This document shows, one piece after another, positions 7,024 to 11,609 of a DNA stretch of 11,609 bases. The notes beneath the pieces were generated by a model. That model was not told where the DNA came from, ran no database searches, and saw nothing but the letters and a program-made list of their open reading frames with translations. Position 1 is the first letter of the stretch; each line of letters opens with the position of its first letter. A program made the translations under genes and the position numbers. Origin of the DNA: a virus (Duplodnaviria; Heunggongvirae; Uroviricota; Caudoviricetes); the IMG/VR virus record IMGVR_UViG_2802429218_000006, positions 1-11,609 of that record. One strand, given 5' to 3'.

Positions 7024-7574
7024 TGATGCCTGTTCTGCAAAAACTCCCTTTTTCTGGCTTGCCTTTTTCCGGCATTTGCGGATATAGTTTTTCCGCTGTC
7101 GCAAAATCGGCAGCCGGGCGTAGGAACCCGAGTTACTTCAAGGCGACATATGACGCGCCATGCGTCTTTTTTTACGTCGTTGCTTCGGCACACCTGTTTT
7201 TCTGGCTGTGGTTTTTAAACCGTAGCCTCTGTCAGATAATGGTGGTCCGGGCGGGGCAGCCTTCGGGCTGGCCGGTTTCCTTGAAGGCCGGTATTCCTAC
7301 CCCCGTCCGGGCTACCACCCATGAGCGTAGGAACTCCAGTGGTAGCTGTAACTGTTACTTCAAGGAGGCTGCCATCATGGCTACAACCCTTACCCCCTCA
7401 CACCCTGAATTTGTCTTTGTGTTTGCGGCTGTCCGTCGCGCAGACCGTCATCCCCGTATCTGCATGCTTCGCACCGTCGCCGGTGATGAACGCAGCGCCC
7501 GCCGTTCCCTTGTCCGTGACTATGTGCTCTCCCTTGCTGCCCGTCTGCCGGTGGTGGAGGTGTCCCGTGCGTAA
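6975..7574 (+). CDS. Possible eta-like ORF (199 codons) that reads through the immunity-RNA region, with the kil-like ORF nested in the same frame
   Basis: A 600-nt open frame starting inside vis, upstream of the PLE-like promoter, and spanning the structured RNA region. Consistent with the nested kil/eta arrangement described for P4, but the protein is low-complexity and could be an artefact of GC-rich sequence. Confidence 0.3.
   Translation: MDGRAHCRTQTGVRRMMMPVLQKLPFSGLPFSGICGYSFSAVAKSAAGRRNPSYFKATYDAPCVFFYVVASAHLFFWLWFLNRSLCQIMVVRAGQPSGWPVSLKAGIPTPVRATTHERRNSSGSCNCYFKEAAIMATTLTPSHPEFVFVFAAVRRADRHPRICMLRTVAGDERSARRSLVRDYVLSLAARLPVVEVSRA
7059..7088 (+). promoter_or_regulatory. Candidate sigma-70 promoter (PLE-like) driving the immunity / left operon
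   Basis: TTGCCT (7059-7064), 18-bp spacer, TATAGT (7083-7088), about 30 bp upstream of seqA. Confidence 0.45.
7118..7143 (+). promoter_or_regulatory. seqA-like target site for the immunity RNA
   Basis: GCGTAGGAAC..TTACTTCAAGG. The two blocks are complementary to CCTTGAAG (7279-7286) and TTCCTAC (7294-7300) inside the structured RNA. Confidence 0.55.
7241..7320 (+). ncRNA. cI: CI-like immunity RNA (P4-type antisense RNA carrying seqB); boundaries approximate
   Basis: Highly structured segment: GGTGGTCCGGGCGGGG pairs with CCCCGTCCGGGCTACCACC (one G-T wobble and a 3-nt bulge), plus an internal CAGCC-TTCG-GGCTG hairpin. The internal seqB blocks are complementary to both flanking seqA and seqC. 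Confidence 0.5.
7325..7365 (+). promoter_or_regulatory. seqC-like target site overlapping the ribosome-binding site of the kil-like ORF
   Basis: GCGTAGGAAC (7325-7334) and TTACTTCAAGG (7355-7365) repeat the two seqA blocks. The second block runs straight into the AGGAGG Shine-Dalgarno of the ORF starting at 7377. Confidence 0.55.
7377..7574 (+). CDS. Small kil-like protein (65 aa); resembles the Ash/Icd-like small proteins of P4-type prophages
   Basis: Strong AGGAGG Shine-Dalgarno 8 nt upstream of the ATG. First ORF after the immunity RNA. Sequence [25 protein letters not shown]... Confidence 0.55.
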   Translation: MATTLTPSHPEFVFVFAAVRRADRHPRICMLRTVAGDERSARRSLVRDYVLSLAARLPVVEVSRA

Positions 7575-7854
7575 TAAAAAAGCCCCTCAGACCGTCTCAG
7601 CGCGTCATGACGCCCGTGAACACCTCAGCATTGAGGCTTACCATAAGCTCAACCGCGCCAGCGCCGTATCCCAGTTTGTTGGGGGTGATTTGATTCACCG
7701 TGAACTCTCCGGCCTGCATCAGCTCTACATTCCGCATATTTTCAGTTACCTGAATGAAGATATTGATTTTGTGCTGAATGAACTGAAAGCCAAAGGCCTG
7801 TGCCGCGATTTTCTCGCCCAGCAGAAAGACCGGGGAGACAGGACGCATGTTTGA
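7567..7854 (+). CDS. Epsilon-sized small protein (95 aa) with a GTG start; position and size match P4 epsilon, the derepression protein
   Basis: No in-frame ATG exists. The GTG at 7567 is preceded by GGAGG at 6-nt spacing and overlaps the stop of the kil-like ORF. Product length is exactly 95 aa. Identification is by synteny and size only. Confidence 0.45.
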   Translation: MRNKKAPQTVSARHDAREHLSIEAYHKLNRASAVSQFVGGDLIHRELSGLHQLYIPHIFSYLNEDIDFVLNELKAKGLCRDFLAQQKDRGDRTHV

Positions 7855-8308
7855 TTTTCCCCAGCCCGGTGAGATTTACCGTTCTGCCGGTTTTCCCGAT
7901 GTGGCCGTGGTCGGCATTCTGGAAGACGGTATTCCGTGGGAAATGCCGTACCGCTGCCCGGACATTGTCTGGAACCCGTACCGCCGTAAATTCAGTATCC
8001 TTGTGCGTATCCTCGCTGACGGGCGCACCACAGACATCCCGCTGGGGCGTTTTCTGCGGGAATTTACCTGTGACCGTCCTGACCTGTTCAAACGCAGCCC
8101 CGTAAACCGGCATGCGGTACTGAAAGAAATGGCCGGAGACCCGGAATTACAGAAATGGCGGGAGAAATATCTGGATATTTACCCGCAGGACCCTGTTCCG
8201 GTCAGCCGGGCGGCACCGGTGGCGCGGGAATGGCGGGAAATTCCCCGCACGGAGCCTGACCCGGCCCCCCCCCCCCGGATAACAGTTACCGCAATTATCT
8301 GTAATTAA
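7847..8308 (+). CDS. Hypothetical protein, orf151-like by position (153 aa); contains a C12 homopolymer near its 3' end
   Basis: ATG overlaps the stop of the preceding ORF (ATGTTTGA). The C12 run at 8265-8276 encodes the PAPPP segment of the product. Confidence 0.6.
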
Positions 8309-8439
8309 AAAACGACACCCGAAAAATTAAATGTGCGTATTCGCGCAGGGATACGCACGTCTTCAGGAGACGCAGATATGTCTTATCAGTTAATGCAACC
8401 GGCACGGAATGCAGTCATCTGTCACAGGGAGGAAAGCAA

Positions 8440-8760
8440 ATGAAAACACCCTTACCGCCCGTCTTACGCGCTGCCCTTTACCGTCGCGCTGTCGCCTGTG
8501 CCTGGCTGACCGTGTGCGAACGTCAGCACCGCTACCCGCATCTCACCCTTGAGTCACTGGAGGCGGCCATCGCCGCTGAGCTGGAAGGCTTTTATCTGCG
8601 CCAGCACGGTGAGGAAAAAGGGCGCCAGATAGCCTGTGCCCTGCTGGAAGATTTAATGGAATCCGGCCCCCTGAAGGCCGCGCCGTCGCTGTCCTTTCTC
8701 GGGCTGGTTGTGATGGATGAACTCTGTGCCCGTCACATAAAAGCGCCGGTACTGCACTGA
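8440..8760 (+). CDS. cnr: cnr-sized protein (106 aa); copy-number-control candidate
   Basis: GGGAGG Shine-Dalgarno. 106 aa equals P4 cnr (orf106), and it lies immediately upstream of alpha as in P4. Identification is by synteny and size only. Confidence 0.5.
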
Positions 8761-8774
8761 AGGAGAACAACACC

Positions 8775-11108
8775 ATGAAAATGAACGTAACCGCCACCGT
8801 CAGCCATGCGCTCGGCCACTGGCCGCGTATTCTCCCGGCGCTGGGGATTCAGGTGCTGAAAAACCGTCATCAGCCCTGTCCGGTCTGTGGCGGGAGTGAC
8901 CGCTTCCGTTTTGATGACAGGGAGGGGCGCGGCACCTGGTACTGCAATCAGTGTGGTGCCGGTGACGGCCTGAAACTGGTTGAAAAGGTGTTTGGTGTTT
9001 CCCCGTCCGACGCGGCCGCAAAGGTGGCTGCCGTGACCGGCAGTCTGCCACCGGCTGACCCGGCAGTGACGGCTGCCGCCGGTGCTGAAACAGACGCTGC
9101 CCGGAAGAACGCCGCCGCACTGGCACAAACCCTGATGGCGAAAACCTGTCCCGGAACCGGTAACGCCTACCTGACCCGCAAGGGCTTTCCCGGCCGGGAA
9201 TGCCGGATGCTGACCGGCACACACAGAGCCGGTGGCGTGAGCTGGCGCGCCGGTGACCTTGTGGTGCCACTGTATGACGACAGCGGCGAACTGGTTAACC
9301 TTCAGTTAATCAGTGCTGACGGCCGTAAGCGCACCCTGAAAGGCGGACAGGTCAGGGGCACCTGTCACACCTTTGAAGGACAGAATCAGGCCGGAAAACG
9401 TCTGTGGATAGCGGAGGGATACGCGACCGCACTTACCGTGCATCACCTGACCGGTGAAACGGTGATGGTGGCGCTTTCTTCCGTGAATCTCCTTTCTCTG
9501 GCCAGCCTTGCCCGGCAGAAGCATCCGGCCTGTCAGATTGTCCTTGCCGCAGACCGTGACCTCAGCGGTGACGGCCAGAAAAAAGCCGCCGCAGCCGCAG
9601 ATGCGTGTGAAGGTGTTGTTGCCCTGCCGCCGGTCTTCGGTGACTGGAATGATGCCTTCACGCAGTACGGCGGGGAAGCCACCCGTAAGGCCATTTATGA
9701 TGCCATCCGGCCACCGGCTGAAAGCCCGTTCGACACCATGAGCGAAGCGGAGTTTTCCGCCATGAGTACCAGCGAAAAGGCCATGCGTATCTATGAGCAT
9801 TACGGCGAGGCGCTCGCGGTCGATGCCAACGGCCAGCTTCTGTCCCGTTATGAAAATGGTGTCTGGAAGGTGCTGCCACCACAGGACTTTGCCCGGGATG
9901 TGGCCGGGCTGTTTCAGCGGCTGCGTGCGCCGTTCTCCTCCGGGAAGGTGGCCTCCGTGGTGGACACCCTGAAGCTGATTATTCCGCAGCAGGAAGCCCC
10001 CTCCCGCCGCCTGATTGGCTTTCGTAACGGCGTGCTCGACACGCAGAACGGCACGTTCCACCCGCACAGTCCGTCACACTGGATGCGCACCCTGTGCGAT
10101 GTGGATTTCACCCCGCCGGTGGAAGGGGAAACGCTGGAAACCCACGCCCCCGCGTTCTGGCGCTGGCTTGACCGTGCCGCCGGTGGCCGTGCGGAAAAAC
10201 GCGACGTGATTCTGGCCGCACTGTTTATGGTGCTGGCAAACCGCTACGACTGGCAGCTCTTTCTGGAGGTGACCGGTCCCGGCGGCAGCGGCAAAAGTAT
10301 CATGGCCGAAATAGCCACCCTGCTGGCCGGGGAGGATAACGCCACGTCGGCCACCATCGAGACGCTGGAATCCCCGCGTGAACGTGCCGCGTTAACTGGC
10401 TTCTCACTGATACGCCTGCCGGACCAGGAAAAATGGAGCGGCGACGGTGCCGGACTCAAGGCCATCACCGGCGGCGATGCGGTGTCCGTTGACCCGAAAT
10501 ACCGGGATGCATACTCCACGCATATCCCGGCGGTAATTCTGGCCGTGAACAATAACCCGATGCGCTTCACCGACCGCAGCGGCGGCGTGTCACGCCGGCG
10601 GGTGATTATTCACTTCCCGGAACAGATAGCCCCGCAGGAGCGCGACCCGCAGCTTAAGGACAAAATCACCCGCGAGCTGGCGGTCATCGTGCGTCACCTG
10701 ATGCAGAAGTTCAGCGACCCGATGCTCGCCCGGTCACTGCTTCAGTCCCAGCAGAACTCAGACGAGGCACTGAACATCAAACGGGATGCCGACCCGACGT
10801 TTGATTTTATCGGCTATCTGGAAACCCTGCCGCAGACCAGCGGCATGTATATGGGGAACGCCAGTATCATCCCGCGTAATTACCGTAAATACCTCTATCA
10901 CGCCTATCTGGCCTACATGGAGGCAAACGGCTACCGGAATGTACTCAGTCTGAAAATGTTCGGGCTGGGGCTGCCGGTGATGCTGAAGGAATACGGACTG
11001 AATTACGAGAAGCGCCATACCAAACAGGGGATACAGACCAACCTGACGCTGAAAGAGGAAAGCTACGGCGACTGGCTGCCAAAATGTGACGACCCTGCAA
11101 CAACCTGA
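8775..11108 (+). CDS. alpha: Alpha primase-helicase replication protein
   Basis: 777 aa (the P4 alpha length). N-terminal zinc-ribbon primase motif CPVCGGSDRFRFDD..WYCNQCG, a TOPRIM-like region, and a C-terminal helicase Walker A GPGGSGKS. AGGAG Shine-Dalgarno upstream. Confidence 0.92.
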   Translation: MKMNVTATVSHALGHWPRILPALGIQVLKNRHQPCPVCGGSDRFRFDDREGRGTWYCNQCGAGDGLKLVEKVFGVSPSDAAAKVAAVTGSLPPADPAVTAAAGAETDAARKNAAALAQTLMAKTCPGTGNAYLTRKGFPGRECRMLTGTHRAGGVSWRAGDLVVPLYDDSGELVNLQLISADGRKRTLKGGQVRGTCHTFEGQNQAGKRLWIAEGYATALTVHHLTGETVMVALSSVNLLSLASLARQKHPACQIVLAADRDLSGDGQKKAAAAADACEGVVALPPVFGDWNDAFTQYGGEATRKAIYDAIRPPAESPFDTMSEAEFSAMSTSEKAMRIYEHYGEALAVDANGQLLSRYENGVWKVLPPQDFARDVAGLFQRLRAPFSSGKVASVVDTLKLIIPQQEAPSRRLIGFRNGVLDTQNGTFHPHSPSHWMRTLCDVDFTPPVEGETLETHAPAFWRWLDRAAGGRAEKRDVILAALFMVLANRYDWQLFLEVTGPGGSGKSIMAEIATLLAGEDNATSATIETLESPRERAALTGFSLIRLPDQEKWSGDGAGLKAITGGDAVSVDPKYRDAYSTHIPAVILAVNNNPMRFTDRSGGVSRRRVIIHFPEQIAPQERDPQLKDKITRELAVIVRHLMQKFSDPMLARSLLQSQQNSDEALNIKRDADPTFDFIGYLETLPQTSGMYMGNASIIPRNYRKYLYHAYLAYMEANGYRNVLSLKMFGLGLPVMLKEYGLNYEKRHTKQGIQTNLTLKEESYGDWLPKCDDPATT

Positions 11109-11124
11109 CCATCATGACTCATCT

Positions 11125-11149
11125 GACCGGCATCTGCCGGTCTTTTTTT
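11125..11149 (+). terminator. Rho-independent terminator downstream of alpha
   Basis: GACCGGC (11125-11131), loop ATCT, GCCGGTC (11136-11142), then T7 (11143-11149): a perfect 7-bp stem. Confidence 0.8.
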
Positions 11150-11166
11150 ATCCCTGAATTCCCCGA

Positions 11167-11468
11167 AGGTGAACAATCCACTGTTCACCCTTCACCGTAT
11201 ATTCACTCGTTATCACACTGAAATTAAAAGAGAAAAACGAAAGGTGAACAGTGTGAACAATCAAATCAAAAAAAACTTTTTTTCTCCCTGTGTGATTTCA
11301 GTACGGGGGATTAATCACCGGTATGAGTCACACCGGCAGAATGCCGGAGGTGAAGAATCGAATGTTCACCCTTCACCCATTATTCACTACCTATCATACT
11401 GAAATAAAAGGAGAAAAAAGAAAGGTGAACAGTGTGAACAGTTCTTTCGAAAAAAAATTTTTTTCCTG
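11167..11468. repeat. crr (cis replication region): two ~121-bp direct repeats (11167-11287 and 11348-11468, period 181 bp), each carrying TGTTCACC / GGTGAACA iterons and ending in an A8/T8 tract
   Basis: The repeats align along their whole length with a few substitutions. Iterons at 11168-11175, 11182-11189 and 11243-11250, plus the equivalent positions in the second copy. Confidence 0.8.
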
Positions 11469-11516
11469 AGTTAACGTGCGTGAAGATACGTGTAAAAATT
11501 AATCGATAGATATTAT

Positions 11517-11536
11517 ATGTATAAGGATGTGTATAA
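11517..11536. promoter_or_regulatory. Candidate integrase arm-type binding sites (ATGTATAA / ATGTGTATAA) on the attR side
   Basis: Same tandem motif pair as at 124-143 on the attL/int side. Confidence 0.4.
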
Positions 11537-11593
11537 ATGAATTATAATAGAAAAATATAAACGATTTGAATCAAATGGTTATATGGCAATTTT

Positions 11594-11609
11594 GACTCCT
11601 GTGATCTTC
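11594..11609. repeat. attR core: direct repeat of the selC 3' end (GACTCCTGTGATCTTC, truncated by the window edge)
   Basis: Matches the selC segment immediately 5' of the bases at window positions 1-12. The T at 11593 where selC has C marks the edge of identity. Confidence 0.6.

Larger units (their letters stand above)
1..11609. mobile_element. P4-family phage satellite prophage, apparently complete, integrated at the 3' end of tRNA-Sec (selC); window runs attL core to attR core
   Basis: Gene order and protein sizes parallel P4 throughout (int, cos, psu 190 aa, delta 166 aa, sid 244 aa, vis 88 aa, epsilon-sized 95 aa, cnr-sized 106 aa, alpha 777 aa, ori and crr iterons). No capsid or tail genes are present, as expected for a helper-dependent satellite. 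Window starts and ends with the same GATCTTC. Confidence 0.8.

Noticed and set aside
6874-7193. Minus-strand ORFs 6874-7104 and 6888-7193 antisense to vis and the PLE-like promoter
   Set aside because: Antisense to a supported gene and a promoter region. Low-complexity products.
7321-7854. 177-aa ORF from the track starting at ATG 7321
   Set aside because: Its 5' part overlaps the kil-like ORF and the seqC region in another frame. The downstream 95 codons are better explained as a separate gene starting at GTG 7567 with its own GGAGG site.
7597-8113. ORFs 7597-7848 (-), 7742-8113 (-), 7800-8105 (+) and 7876-8091 (-) overlapping the epsilon-sized and orf151-like genes
   Set aside because: The plus-strand genes form a tightly coupled series with ribosome-binding sites and overlapping stops and starts. 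These are alternate-frame or antisense shadows.
8543-8797. Minus-strand ORF antisense to cnr
   Set aside because: Antisense shadow of the cnr-sized ORF, which has a good Shine-Dalgarno and conserved size. No start signals.
8733-11018. Multiple long minus-strand and alternate-frame ORFs inside the alpha gene (8733-9224, 8800-9270, 9306-10067, 9508-9741, 9658-9882, 9914-10111, 10015-10209, 10244-10570, 10758-11018)
   Set aside because: All are antisense or out-of-frame overlaps of the well-supported 777-aa alpha ORF in GC-rich DNA. The products are Arg/Pro/Gly-rich low-complexity sequences with no motifs or ribosome-binding sites.
11169-11402. 77-aa plus-strand ORF across the crr repeats
   Set aside because: Spans the two direct repeats and iterons of a replication element. 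Low-complexity product and no ribosome-binding site.
11167-11468. Direct repeats considered as a possible CRISPR array
   Set aside because: Only two copies of a ~121-bp unit with a fixed 60-bp gap, each containing the replication iteron octamer. Not short repeats with variable spacers, and no cas genes are present.

Overview
The window reads as an essentially complete P4-type phage satellite, integrated at the 3' end of the tRNA-Sec gene (selC) and carrying an unusual two-gene cargo. The backbone follows the P4 gene order and P4 protein sizes throughout: int (175-1362); cos (19-nt P2/P4 cohesive end at 4145-4163); psu-delta-sid on the minus strand (4328-6205); a late-promoter region; an ori-like cluster of TGTTCACC iterons (6375-6478); vis (88 aa); a PLE-like promoter with an immunity RNA region (seqA / cI / seqC, 7118-7365); nested eta/kil-like ORFs; epsilon-sized, orf151-like and cnr-sized ORFs; the alpha primase-helicase (777 aa, 8775-11108); and crr as two ~120-bp direct repeats (11167-11468). 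Window bases 1-12 (GATCTTCCGCCA) match the 3' end of selC as I recall it, and the last 16 bases repeat the adjacent selC segment, so the window runs from attL core to attR core. The most interesting part is the cargo between int and cos (1403-3954), where P4 itself carries cII-beta-gop. It is strongly AT-rich against a GC-rich backbone and encodes a 551-aa ABC-type ATPase with a ~200-aa N-terminal extension, translationally coupled (GTGA overlap) to a 299-aa HNH nuclease. I read this as a candidate anti-phage defence system with Septu-like (ATPase + HNH) architecture, possibly a distinct family; homology could not be tested here. All family assignments rest on motifs read by eye and on remembered P4 biology, not on any database search.
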